This document shows, piece by piece, positions 1-8,921 of a stretch of 64,000 bases of DNA. Every line of letters begins with the position of its first letter. Position 1 is the stretch's first letter. The notes below the pieces were generated by a model, which was not told where the DNA came from, did not search any database, and saw nothing but the letters and a program-made list of their open reading frames with translations. The position numbers and the translations under genes are program-made. Source of the DNA: Gammaproteobacteria bacterium (GTDB taxonomy: Bacteria; Pseudomonadota; Gammaproteobacteria; Steroidobacterales; Steroidobacteraceae); assembly GCA_027452045.1 (NCBI GenBank), contig DAIDHH010000083.1, forward strand, positions 2,139 to 66,138, given 5' to 3'.

Positions 1-710
1 CATTCGACACGGTCTTCATCGAGCGTGCCGTCGCGAGCAGGCCCGCTGTCGAGCGCCGCGAGCTCAAATCTCTGTTCAAACCGAAGTCGGCGCAGGTGCT
101 GACCGTCATGCTCCGCGACCCAGCCCGCTCTTGGCGGGTCGCTGAGCTGGCGGAGGCGGCAGCCGTCAGTCTGGGTCACGTGAGCAATGTACGTAGCGGC
201 CTGCTTGACCACGAATGGGGGCAGGTGTCGCAGCAGGGCTTGTTCTTGGCTGCCCCCGATAGATTGCTGGATGCCTGGCGGGACGCTTACGAGCCTCCCG
301 CCGGCCGGCGCCTCGGGTTCTACACGACTTTGCACGGCGGAGCACTCGAAAAGGCCGCACGCCGGATTCTTCGTGCTGGGTCCTACAAGGGACGGGCGGT
401 CTTCGCCTCGTTTTCCGCAGCCCAGTGGCTTGCGCCATTCGCTCGCACCGGAACGCAGTTCTTCTACGCCGACGAGCGCGGCCTCGACCGGTTGCAGACC
501 GCCCTGGCATTGTCGTCGCCAGCAAAGGGAGAGAATGTCGTCGTTAGCGTACCTGAGGACGAAGGGGTATTCCGCGACGCGGTCGAGCCCGCACCCGGGG
601 CCGTGTGCTCCGGTCTGGTACGGACCTATCTGGATCTATCCGCGGCCGGCGAGCGAGGCCGAGAAGCTGCCGAGCACTTGCGACGGGAGAGGATGGCATG
701 GAAAGAGTGA
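1..710 (+). CDS. wHTH protein resembling an AbiEi-type antitoxin/regulator; frame is open to the left window edge (possibly 5'-partial; in-window starts GTG96 or ATG108)
   Basis: ORF 96..710. The same frame has no stop back to nt 3. HTH-like segment RVAELAEAAAVSLGHVSNVRSGLL. The 3' end overlaps the downstream nucleotidyltransferase gene by 13 nt. Confidence 0.45.
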   Translation, partial: FDTVFIERAVASRPAVERRELKSLFKPKSAQVLTVMLRDPARSWRVAELAEAAAVSLGHVSNVRSGLLDHEWGQVSQQGLFLAAPDRLLDAWRDAYEPPAGRRLGFYTTLHGGALEKAARRILRAGSYKGRAVFASFSAAQWLAPFARTGTQFFYADERGLDRLQTALALSSPAKGENVVVSVPEDEGVFRDAVEPAPGAVCSGLVRTYLDLSAAGERGREAAEHLRRERMAWKE

Positions 711-1564
711 CTCCGCCGGAGCCACAATCCGCTTCCGACTATGACGACCGCACGACAGCAGCCGTGAAGTCGGTCCTGATTGAGGTCGATCAGATACTCG
801 GAGCGTTCAAGGGAAAGTTCGCCGTGATCGGCGGGGCGGTTCCGTGGCTGCTCCTCAACAACGAAGATATGCCTCACGTCGGAACGCTCGATGTCGATCT
901 CGGTCTCCACGCGGAGGCTCTTGGAGACGGTGAGTACGCCATGCTCGCGGAGGCCCTGATGGGGCATGGATATCAACAGCGCAAGGAATTGCGGCGCTTT
1001 CAGCTGGTCCGGCAGGTGCCCGTCTCGGCAGGCGGTCCGATCGATGTCATCGTGGATTTCTTGATGCCACGCGATGCCGAAATCGTCAGGAACATACCGC
1101 CTCTGATCAACGAGTTCGCGGTTCAACGGGCAGACGGTGCCGACCTTGCGTTTCGGTTTTACCAGATGGTGGCGATTACCGGCTCAATGCCCGCCGGCGG
1201 CACCAATCGGGTGGAAATCGCGGTCTGCTCGATCCCGGCGCTGCTGGCCATGAAGGGCCACGCTGTCCGAGGTCGCTACAAGCAGAAAGACGCCTACGAT
1301 ATCTACTACTGCATCCGGAACTACCCGGACGGTATCGGCTCCCTTGTGGAGGCGTGCCGGCCGCTCCTGGTTCATCCCAGCGCCGCAAACGGCTACAGGT
1401 TCATCGCCGAAAAGTTCGACAGCGTGGACAGCTACGGACCGACATGCGTTCGCAAGTTCGTCGAGCAGACGGCAATTCTCGGTGATCGCTCACCCGAGCA
1501 ATGGCAGCAGGATGCATTCGGGCAGGTCGACGCCTGGCTGCGCGCGCTGCGCATAAGAAGCTAA
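698..1564 (+). CDS. nucleotidyltransferase, AbiEii/DUF1814-like toxin candidate
   Basis: ATG698 lies inside ORF 605..1564 and overlaps the upstream stop. The motif VIGGAVPWLL...GTLDVDLG fits the GG..(n)..D-x-D nucleotidyltransferase signature. Paired with an upstream wHTH gene as in AbiE loci. Confidence 0.55.
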   Translation: MERVTPPEPQSASDYDDRTTAAVKSVLIEVDQILGAFKGKFAVIGGAVPWLLLNNEDMPHVGTLDVDLGLHAEALGDGEYAMLAEALMGHGYQQRKELRRFQLVRQVPVSAGGPIDVIVDFLMPRDAEIVRNIPPLINEFAVQRADGADLAFRFYQMVAITGSMPAGGTNRVEIAVCSIPALLAMKGHAVRGRYKQKDAYDIYYCIRNYPDGIGSLVEACRPLLVHPSAANGYRFIAEKFDSVDSYGPTCVRKFVEQTAILGDRSPEQWQQDAFGQVDAWLRALRIRS

Positions 1565-1680
1565 AAAAACTGTCGCTGCCTGAGCACGCGCGTATGACGC
1601 GCCGTGATTCGACCTTGCGACAAATTTGCGACAGATCCGCTGGCAGGTCCTGCCGGGGTCGCGTAATTCATTGATTTTAT

Positions 1681-1727
1681 TGGTGCCGGGAATAGGATTC
1701 GAACCTACGACCCGCGCATTACGAATG
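1681..1727 (-). other. 3' fragment of tRNA-Thr(CGU), from anticodon loop to CCA: candidate att site of the island
   Basis: Minus strand reads cattcgtaatgcgcgggtcgtaggttcgaatcctattcccggcacca. It contains anticodon loop ttCGTaa, T arm gtagg-ttcgaat-cctat, a 3' acceptor strand and CCA. No matching 5' acceptor strand, D arm or 5' anticodon stem lies upstream. The integrase gene is about 230 nt away. Confidence 0.7.
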
Positions 1728-1751
1728 TGAAATAAGCGTCTTTTCACATTC
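1723..1751. repeat. perfect 10-bp inverted repeat (gaatgtgaaa / tttcacattc, 9-nt loop) abutting the tRNA fragment
   Basis: Read directly from sequence. The left arm shares 5 nt with the tRNA-derived segment. Confidence 0.8.
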
Positions 1752-1952
1752 CCCACGAAATCAGCCGCTTGCCTCTTCCAGCCCACGAAACGCAGGAAAT
1801 TCTAGTGTTTCGTAAATTCTACTCTCGATGACCCATTGCTACGGTCGTCTACCGCGATATACTCTACTTGCACTTATAAGGGTTTGCAAGCCGACCTGTG
1901 CACTACCTCCCAGGTGGTTCGCGATCCTGCACTTACTGTAGCGAGAGGGTAC

Positions 1953-3155
1953 ATGCGGGCGATCATCGGCGCGAAGCTCCTGGCTGGCAAAGACGCCAAG
2001 GCGGCCGACAAGCCCTTCGAGATATGGGACTCCCGGCTCTCCGGCTTCGTCCTGCGGATCCAGCCGTCCGGAGCGCGGTCCTATTACGCGCAGATCGCCC
2101 GCGGCAAGCGCGTGGCGCTCGGGAAGGTCGGGGAGCTGACCCCGGACGAGGCCCGGGAGCGTTGCGAAAAGGTGCTCGGAAACGTCGCCCATGACCGTCC
2201 CCCACTGCACGGGCTGACTGGCGTGGTGGAAGGTCCGACGCTCGGCGATTTCATCGAGGCGCATTACAAGCCGTGGCTCAGTGCCGAGAAGCCCAATAGC
2301 GCTGATCGCACCCTCCAGCGGATCAAGACCTGTTTCGGCGAGTGGTACAGCACGCTCCTGACGGAAATCACGGTCGAGCGCATCGAGCGATGGCGGGTGG
2401 ATAGACTCAAATCAGGAATCGAACCGACGACCGTGCTGCGCGACGTGATGACCCTCTCGGGCGTGCTGACCCGGGCGGTGAAACTCGACAAGCTCGCGGC
2501 AAACCCCATTCGACGCATTGAGCGACCCAAGATCGACCGCACGCCGAAAGTGCGATACCTGGACCCCGGCGAGGAGAAACGGCTCAGGGAAGCGCTCCGC
2601 GAGCGTGACGAGGAGATGAGGAGGGCACGCGAATCGGCGAACAAGTGGCGCAAGGCGCGAAAGGAGGAACCGCTGCCACCGCTCCCGCACTACGGGGACC
2701 ATCTCATACCGGCCGTGCTGATCTCGATGAACACGGGTCTGCGCCGCGGCGAACTCCTGGCGTTGCGGTGGGCCAACGTCGACCTGAAGGGGAAGCAGAT
2801 CACCATCGAAGGATCGACGGCGAAGTCTCAGCAGACTCGGCATATCCCGCTCAACGCGGAGGCGCTGGACGTGCTGCAGAAGTGGAAGGAACAGGCGTCC
2901 GATGATCCGCGTGTGATCGCGATCAACACGGGATTCAAGACCGCATGGGCGGCTCTCTTGCTGCGCGCGAAGATCACAAGTTTCCGCTGGCACGACCTCC
3001 GCCACCACTTCGCTTCGAGGCTGGTGCAGGCCGGCGTGCCCCTCAATACCGTGCGCGAACTGCTCGGGCATGGCTCGATGGTGATGACATTGCGCTACGC
3101 GCATCTCGCGCCGGACCAGAAAGCCGAGGCGGTCGCAAAGTTGGTGCAATCGTGA
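1953..3155 (+). CDS. tyrosine-type site-specific integrase (P4-like, N-terminal arm-binding domain)
   Basis: ATG1953 preceded by gagaggg. N-terminus FEIWDSRLSGFVLRIQPSGARSYYAQ is typical of the integrase arm-binding domain. C-terminus carries GLRRGELLAL, HDLRHHFAS, LLGHGSMVMTLRYAHL (R..HxxR..Y catalytic pattern). Confidence 0.9.
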   Translation: MRAIIGAKLLAGKDAKAADKPFEIWDSRLSGFVLRIQPSGARSYYAQIARGKRVALGKVGELTPDEARERCEKVLGNVAHDRPPLHGLTGVVEGPTLGDFIEAHYKPWLSAEKPNSADRTLQRIKTCFGEWYSTLLTEITVERIERWRVDRLKSGIEPTTVLRDVMTLSGVLTRAVKLDKLAANPIRRIERPKIDRTPKVRYLDPGEEKRLREALRERDEEMRRARESANKWRKARKEEPLPPLPHYGDHLIPAVLISMNTGLRRGELLALRWANVDLKGKQITIEGSTAKSQQTRHIPLNAEALDVLQKWKEQASDDPRVIAINTGFKTAWAALLLRAKITSFRWHDLRHHFASRLVQAGVPLNTVRELLGHGSMVMTLRYAHLAPDQKAEAVAKLVQS

Positions 3156-3220
3156 TGACGCCAGCGGAAGCCCGACGAACTCAACATGCTTACCACAGCA
3201 ACAAACGATTTCGGTAAGAA

Positions 3221-4234
3221 ATGAGAACACGCAAGGAAGACACTCAGCGCGCCGCGGAAACAATCGAGGCGCTCAGCTTCGATCCGGCTCGCTACGATTG
3301 CGCGGGCATGGATGCCATAGACTGGTGGGTCTGCCTGGAATATCGAAGTCACCTTGGTGCGCGGCTTCTTATCCCAGGATGGGAGAGCGCGGCCAGTCGG
3401 CGGATCAAGAGCATTGCTCAACGGTTCGGGGTGTCCATGACCGGCGACCCCGATGGGGAAGGGGTGCGGGAGAAGTTGCTCGCCGCGAAGGAAAATCGTG
3501 TGGCGAATGATAGTGATTACGGCGAGCTGAGAGCCGCCTACGATGCGCTGAGAGCCGAGACGACTCCCCGATTGATCGCGCGTGATCCCGCTGTCGAGGT
3601 GGGGCGGGACCGTCTGTGTCGTGCGCTTAGCGATGCACACCCGTCGCTGTCCACGATGCAAATGGTGGAGCGACTGGGCGGGAATGTCGCAACGGCGCGC
3701 ACCCCTGCGGTTCGGCGACTCTTGGCGGATCCGCTGTTGCCAGAGCTCCGTCGTGAGGTGCGGGAGGCGATGGCACACGCGGTGAGTGAAGAATGCGTCC
3801 GAGACGCGCCAGAGGACAAGAGTACGCACTGGTGGATCGCTAGGCCGCGGGTCGATCTACGTGTTGGAGATGAGGTGTTGGAGGAGGGGTTTAGGCGTTG
3901 GCTTTCTGCGGTCCGTCAGCGGTACGAGCGAGAGGGCGTCACTGCCGCGCCCGCTCGGCGCGCGCCGTTCGAGCGGTGGAATCGGTACCGAATCCTGGGC
4001 TTTATCGACCTACAGCTCGCAAGTAACGCGTTGAATTTATCAGTGAGTGACAGTGCGCTCGGTCGGCTGTTGTTTCCAGACCCTAATAAGCTGGGAGGGG
4101 CGCAGGACGATCCACGTCGGTTGCGCCGCACGGTACGTGAGGTCGCAATGGATGTCATGACCTACGCCACACTGGTCGAGCTCGGGTATGAAGTGCAGTA
4201 CGACGTGCAACGACTCGCCGGGGGACTGCGATAG
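3221..4234 (+). CDS. hypothetical protein (337 aa), island backbone
   Basis: Long ORF in the same orientation as int and the alpA-like gene. No motif recognised. Confidence 0.5.
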   Translation: MRTRKEDTQRAAETIEALSFDPARYDCAGMDAIDWWVCLEYRSHLGARLLIPGWESAASRRIKSIAQRFGVSMTGDPDGEGVREKLLAAKENRVANDSDYGELRAAYDALRAETTPRLIARDPAVEVGRDRLCRALSDAHPSLSTMQMVERLGGNVATARTPAVRRLLADPLLPELRREVREAMAHAVSEECVRDAPEDKSTHWWIARPRVDLRVGDEVLEEGFRRWLSAVRQRYEREGVTAAPARRAPFERWNRYRILGFIDLQLASNALNLSVSDSALGRLLFPDPNKLGGAQDDPRRLRRTVREVAMDVMTYATLVELGYEVQYDVQRLAGGLR

Positions 4235-4392
4235 CCGACGCGACGCGCAGCATAGCGCCCGGCCGTTCCCAGTCGGACCGAAACTGGATATAAAAACAGC
4301 CACGATCGCGGCCGGCGATACTTGGCTCATTCACGTACAAAGACATCACACACGATGCAGCTCCGTCAAATGCTGGATAACGGAGTCATGCC

Positions 4393-4635
4393 ATGCCTCT
4401 TGTGGATGAACGCGCCGCCGCTGCCCATCTCGGGGTTTCGGTCGCATTCCTGCGTGCCGATCGGTGCCGCGGCCATGTCGGTGGCCACACCCCTGGTCCC
4501 CCCTGGTATCGAGTCGGCCGCGCAGTCCGTTATGACTTGGCCGACCTCGACAAATGGCTCGCCACACGGCGTGTCGATCGCTCTGCCGCGCGCGGCGCCG
4601 CCGGCCTGACGACCCAACCAGCTTCCGCTGCCTAA
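4393..4635 (+). CDS. AlpA/excisionase-family HTH DNA-binding protein
   Basis: 80 aa. GGAG lies 7 nt upstream of ATG4393. AAAHLGVSVAFLR ... YRVGRAVRYDLADLDKWL matches the Xis/AlpA-type HTH layout. Position between int and primase is typical. Confidence 0.7.
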   Translation: MPLVDERAAAAHLGVSVAFLRADRCRGHVGGHTPGPPWYRVGRAVRYDLADLDKWLATRRVDRSAARGAAGLTTQPASAA

Positions 4636-4641
4636 AAAAGA

Positions 4642-4675
4642 AAAACCGCGCTCCTGCCAGGGCTGCGCGGTTTTT
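4642..4675 (+). terminator. rho-independent terminator
   Basis: Perfect 10-bp stem aaaaccgcgc / gcgcggtttt with a 13-nt loop, followed by a T run, directly after the alpA-like stop. Confidence 0.75.
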
Positions 4676-4689
4676 CACGGTGTCAAGCT

Positions 4690-7600
4690 GTGGGCCGACA
4701 CGGGCAATATACCTCGCGTATTGACGCGGCCGCAAGTGCGGAGACGTTCCGGTGCGCGGCTGCAGCCGCGGGACTGGTTCTGCCCACTATCCTGATCCCC
4801 GACGGTCGGCCCCACCGATTTTCCACCCGCGCCGACCGCCCTCGCGACGACGCCGGTTGGTACATTTGGCACGGCGACCATGGCACCGCTGGTGACTGGC
4901 GCCGCTCCGACATCCGCATCTCATGGTCGGCTCGCTCGCGTCACGACCAGCCCTGCGGCGCCGCTGAGATCGCGCGCCTCCGGGCGGAGGCGGCGCAAGC
5001 CCGCGCCGCGGCAGACCGCGACGCGGCGCAGAAGCGCGGGGATGCGGCCCGAGAGGCGCAGGCCGTATGGGCCGCGGCTGGAACCGCACCGGCCGATCAC
5101 GGCTACCTCGCGGGCAGAGGCGTGCAGGCGCACGGGCTCCGGATATTCAGCGGGGCCGGGACCTGGCGCCGCAAGATCCGCGACCTGCCGCTCGACGGCT
5201 GCCTGATCATCCCACTGTGCTCCCCGGACGGCACGATCCAAACTCTCGAGTTCGTCAGCCCCGCCGGCGAAAAGCGATTTCTACCCGGCGGTCGTAAGCA
5301 GGGCTGTTATTACGAGCTCCCCGGTGACGCAACAGCGATCCTCGTAGCTGAGGGTTTCGCCACCGGCGCAAGTCTCCGCGAGGCAACGGGGTATACGGTG
5401 GTCTGCGCCATGGATGCGGCGAACCTGCGGTCCGTCGCACAGGCCCTCCGGACGGTGAACCCCGACGCACTGATCCTGCTGGCGGCCGATCACGACGAGA
5501 GCGGCACCGGCCAGCGCGCCGCTGAAGACGCTGCACGTGCCGTCGGCGGCGCCGTGGCAATTCCGGCAACCGAAGGTGCGGACTGGAACGATGTGCATCG
5601 GGCGGAGGGTCTCGAGGCGGTCCACGTCGCCATCGCCGCCGCGATCCGGGCGCACCTAGCGGAGACTTCCGCAGGCCGCGCCGCACTCACCGCCGCCGCA
5701 CCGGCGGTCGCGCTATCGATCGGTCCCCGGCTCGCCTCCGCGATGGAGCGTGCCGAGCCGCGGCGCAGAGCGGCGCATGACCGGACCGACATCGACCAGC
5801 CGCGCGGACAGATAGCCGACGCGATCCGCGACCGTCTCGTCCGCATCGCAGCGTCGCGTGACGACGCGGGCGAGATGGCCGGTCACACCGACAGCCTCAT
5901 CGTCGGGGCTACGGTGGGGTTGGGCAAATCGACCAGCGCCGTGACTGCTGTAGCGGCAATGCGCCCCGCAATCGACGCCGGGGAATTACGGATACTGCTC
6001 GTGGTCGACGGTCATGAGCAGGTCGCAAGATACGCGCGCGAGCTCGGCGCGCTCGGTATCAGGGCGATGCCCTACGTGGGGCGCACCGCGCCGGTGGAGG
6101 GCATCGCGGACGACTGGCGGCAGTTGGCTACCACATGCTGGGCCATGGCGAAAGTCCGGCAGGTCGCGGACCAACATCATCCACCCGCAGCCGCATATTG
6201 CCGTATTTGTCCACATGGCCTCCTCGCGGCGTCCGAACACGCCAAATTTCCCGCCCACCAGTATGAGGCGTACAAAAAATTCCTCGTGGCGTGCCAACGC
6301 CAGGGACTCGACCCGACAGCGGTCCAGCCCTGCAAATTTTTGTATGAGGCCATGCCCAAATATTTAGCCGCGCAGGTGCTCATCGTGCCCTATCAGGCGT
6401 ATACAAACCGCCTGGTGCGGCCCGAGCAGAACTCGCCGCCGTGCGCCGTGATCATCGACGAGGACGTCCCGCTCACACGCGACATATCAGTCACGCTGAC
6501 AGACATCGACCAGTGGCGGGCGCGCATCGAGCGCGGTGACATCGACATGTTAGGCCGCGCGACCGAGACGGACCACCCTGTCATTTTCGGCTCGTTGCGC
6601 GCGCTCACGACGGCCATCGGGGAGCGCGGGCAGAATCCCGACACCATCGCGGCGCTGCGCAACGCGCTCGATGCGATGACCGAGCAATACAGCGACGATC
6701 TCGAGCACGGGGCCACATGGGCGTGGGAGCGTATCCGGTGGGTGAAGGATGAGACCGGACGCGAGACCGGCGAGATCGACGCCCCGCTGCGCGCGCTCGC
6801 CACGCTCCGCGCCGCGCTCGCGGGCGACGGCGCGGCGGCCACATGGGGCGAGGACCTCGTACTCCGCCTCACCGAGCTCACCGCACTCGGGGAGCGCGTG
6901 TGCGAGGGCGACACAGTGCTGCTGGATGCGACAATCGACGACGATGCAGTTGCCGCACTTCGCGCTCGAGCCGCGCGCACCGGCCGCAAAATCGACCTGC
7001 TCGACGTGCAGGTCCGGCAGCACGTGGAAATCACACACCTGACCGGGCGCAGTTATGCGAGGGGACGCCGGACCGACCCGTGGCGCGCGGAAATGCTGTC
7101 CCGCTACGGGCTGGACGCTGCTGCACTGGTCGCGGCGGTGAGCGCAGTCCACGGGGGGGCTGGTCAACGCAAGTGGGGCATGATTACACATCGACCGATC
7201 GCGATCGATCTCGCGGTGCATCAAGCCATGGAGGCACACGGGGGGCCAATCGAGGTCGGATACTACGGTCGAGACGGGCGCGCCCATAATCGGTGGGAGC
7301 GACGCAACCTGATCCTGCAGGGGCTTCCATATCAATCCCCTGCGGTCGTCCAGATGCGGTGGGACCGACTCCGAGCGTGCGATCCGACACTCCCTGCGAC
7401 ACCGCCGCCCGAGTTTGCCATCAGACTGGTGGCCGCTGATGTCGTGCAGGCAGTGGGCCGATCCCGCGCCATCTACGCTCCGCCTGCTGACCCGATCCAG
7501 GTCATCATCGCCGCGAATGTCACTCCCGAGCTGCGCACCGCGCTGGCCAAGTACGGTCTACACATCGCAGAGGAGCGCCGCAATCCGCTCGCCGGGCGCG

Positions 7601-8019
7601 CGCCGCGCGACAAGGCCACCGCTCTGCGGGTGCTCGTCGAGGTGCTCGACAGGTGGCGGCGACGCGGGCACATCACGAGCACCGCCCGGGACACGCTCGA
7701 GCGCGCCTGTCGGCAGGCAGAGCTGCGCGTGAGCAGCGAGACATTCCGGATGCTGCTCGACGAGCTCGTGCCACCCGCAGAGCGCGGGGGAAAGCGATAC
7801 CGAGACCAGCTCCGATACGCGCTGCTTCTGGCCCAGCGGGCGCGCGAGGCGCTGCGCGCCATCGACACTGCCGTCCGGCGCGCGGTTGAGTCCGTGACCG
7901 AGGGCATGGATACGGCCATCCGCCCGCTCGCGCAACGGCTCCTCACCGGCCTCGGCGACCTGCTCGGGCTGCAGACCTCGCCGACCACCGGCCCCCCGCT
8001 GCGTGCCGCGCCGGCCTGA
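4690..8019 (+). CDS. Toprim-domain primase fused to a large P-loop NTPase region (replication/primase-helicase-like)
   Basis: N-terminus PDGRPHRFSTR...AGWYIWHGD resembles P4-alpha/TraC-type primase N-termini. Toprim motifs: ILVAEGFATGASL ... LAADHDESGTGQRAA. Walker A GATVGLGKST and Walker B AVIIDEDV. GTG4690 is the only in-frame canonical start. Confidence 0.75.
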   Translation: MGRHGQYTSRIDAAASAETFRCAAAAAGLVLPTILIPDGRPHRFSTRADRPRDDAGWYIWHGDHGTAGDWRRSDIRISWSARSRHDQPCGAAEIARLRAEAAQARAAADRDAAQKRGDAAREAQAVWAAAGTAPADHGYLAGRGVQAHGLRIFSGAGTWRRKIRDLPLDGCLIIPLCSPDGTIQTLEFVSPAGEKRFLPGGRKQGCYYELPGDATAILVAEGFATGASLREATGYTVVCAMDAANLRSVAQALRTVNPDALILLAADHDESGTGQRAAEDAARAVGGAVAIPATEGADWNDVHRAEGLEAVHVAIAAAIRAHLAETSAGRAALTAAAPAVALSIGPRLASAMERAEPRRRAAHDRTDIDQPRGQIADAIRDRLVRIAASRDDAGEMAGHTDSLIVGATVGLGKSTSAVTAVAAMRPAIDAGELRILLVVDGHEQVARYARELGALGIRAMPYVGRTAPVEGIADDWRQLATTCWAMAKVRQVADQHHPPAAAYCRICPHGLLAASEHAKFPAHQYEAYKKFLVACQRQGLDPTAVQPCKFLYEAMPKYLAAQVLIVPYQAYTNRLVRPEQNSPPCAVIIDEDVPLTRDISVTLTDIDQWRARIERGDIDMLGRATETDHPVIFGSLRALTTAIGERGQNPDTIAALRNALDAMTEQYSDDLEHGATWAWERIRWVKDETGRETGEIDAPLRALATLRAALAGDGAAATWGEDLVLRLTELTALGERVCEGDTVLLDATIDDDAVAALRARAARTGRKIDLLDVQVRQHVEITHLTGRSYARGRRTDPWRAEMLSRYGLDAAALVAAVSAVHGGAGQRKWGMITHRPIAIDLAVHQAMEAHGGPIEVGYYGRDGRAHNRWERRNLILQGLPYQSPAVVQMRWDRLRACDPTLPATPPPEFAIRLVAADVVQAVGRSRAIYAPPADPIQVIIAANVTPELRTALAKYGLHIAEERRNPLAGRAPRDKATALRVLVEVLDRWRRRGHITSTARDTLERACRQAELRVSSETFRMLLDELVPPAERGGKRYRDQLRYALLLAQRAREALRAIDTAVRRAVESVTEGMDTAIRPLAQRLLTGLGDLLGLQTSPTTGPPLRAAPA

Positions 8020-8590
8020 GCCGGACCGCCACCGCCACTCACCCTTGTCCCCCTCGTTTCCCGCACCGTGGGACGGGCGGACTTTGCTGCTCGCCGAAAA
8101 AACGCGGTCTCTCCATGATTTCCGCTTTCCAAACGGCCCCGCGCGGGCAAGAAATCGATACGGCGAAGCCGCCTCGCCGCCGGGAGCAGCTCGAGTGCCG
8201 GAAAATCGAGCTCCTATTGCTCGCGTCCGGTAAGAAGCATTTTCTTACGGCGTACGAGCAATTGTCTCTTGGTGCGGGGTGACGGACTCCGCCGGAGACT
8301 CCCCCCATCATCCCCCGCATGATTCCACCCGCCTCCAGCGGGCTCTGGCCAGGCCAGGGAGGGCTTCTCTGGGGTGGCATCGGGGCAGATCGTGGCGCTT
8401 AGGGCGCTATGGGTGCTGCGGGCAGCCCAGCGCAGCCTCAAACGCCGCAGAGGCGCCCGGCGCGGAAAACAAGCTCGGCCCGGAGCAAATCTCGGTGCTG
8501 CGGGTGCCAAGGGCGGTCCTGGGGGGTGGATTCAGCATGGCCTTTGGCGCCGCCGGGGCGGCGATGTCCGGCTGAATCACGCACACCGCC

Positions 8591-8618
8591 TTGACCGTGG
8601 ATACCAATTTGGTATATT
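8591..8618 (+). promoter_or_regulatory. candidate higBA promoter with overlapping palindromic operator
   Basis: ttgacc (8591-8596), 16-nt spacer, tatatt (8613-8618). The 15-nt palindrome ataccaatttggtat (8601-8615) sits between the two boxes. higB ATG is at 8626. Confidence 0.6.
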
Positions 8619-8625
8619 GCCAGCG

Positions 8626-8919
8626 ATGCACGTCATCGCGAAGCCCGCCTTGGTGGAGTTCTGGAAGAAGCATCCAGACGCCGAGGGGCCGTTCGAGGCG
8701 TGGTACCGGATCATGCGCCGGGAGGTCTTTGCGGACTTCAACGCCCTGCGGGAGACCTTTGGCAGCGCCGATTACGTTGACCCGTTCACGGTGTTCAACA
8801 TCGGCGGGAACAAATACCGCCTGATCGCGGTGATCCATTACAACCGGCGCAAGGTGTACATCCGCCAGGTGCTCACCCATGCCGAGTACGACCGCGACAA
8901 GTGGAAGCGGAGAAACTGA
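8626..8919 (+). CDS. higB: type II toxin HigB (mRNA interferase)
   Basis: 97 aa from ATG8626 within ORF 8374..8919. MHVIAKPALVEFWKKHPDA ... FNIGGNKYRLIAVIHYN...VYIRQVLTHAEYD matches the HigB family pattern. Confidence 0.9.
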   Translation: MHVIAKPALVEFWKKHPDAEGPFEAWYRIMRREVFADFNALRETFGSADYVDPFTVFNIGGNKYRLIAVIHYNRRKVYIRQVLTHAEYDRDKWKRRN

Positions 8920-8921
8920 AT

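Noticed and set aside
605-697. Upstream extensions of track ORFs: 605, 1836, 20421..21155, 23126..24406, 35438, 48356..50056, 52464, 55318..57168.
   Set aside because: In each case family homology, a Shine-Dalgarno-like motif or a neighbouring stop codon supports a later internal start. The extensions are Arg/Pro-rich.
1681-1770. Possible complete tRNA gene on the minus strand (a 74-nt stretch ending in CCA).
   Set aside because: The 3' 47 nt fold as anticodon loop, T arm and acceptor 3' strand. The upstream sequence cannot pair: the acceptor needs gccggga, which is absent, and the 5' anticodon stem needs gcgca but reads tcaca. There is no D arm. Treated as an att fragment.
2413-2440. tRNA-like T-arm string (ggaatcgaaccgacgacc) inside the integrase gene, and a similar ttcgaatcct at about 10441.
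   Set aside because: Both lie inside well-supported coding frames and have no surrounding cloverleaf. Judged coincidental. Neither matches the 47-nt att sequence over more than about 11 nt, so they are not the second att copy.
2412-3263. Long antisense or out-of-frame ORFs listed in the track. Examples: 2412..3263(-), 6393..7034(-), 7473..8150(-), 18536..19564(-), 27975..29243(-), 36580..38508(-), 55339..56709(+), 62676..63950(-).
   Set aside because: They overlap genes with clear family motifs on the other strand or frame. Their products are Arg/Pro/Ala/Gly-rich low-complexity strings, as expected from stop-poor frames in high-GC DNA.
8020-8590. Several 60-180-aa ORFs between the primase gene and higB, including the N-terminal extension of ORF 8374..8919.
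   Set aside because: The translations are low-complexity (RRRGARRGKQARPG...). The HigB homology starts only at ATG8626, which has its own promoter-like boxes. I cannot support a gene or RNA here, although about 570 nt of unexplained sequence remains.
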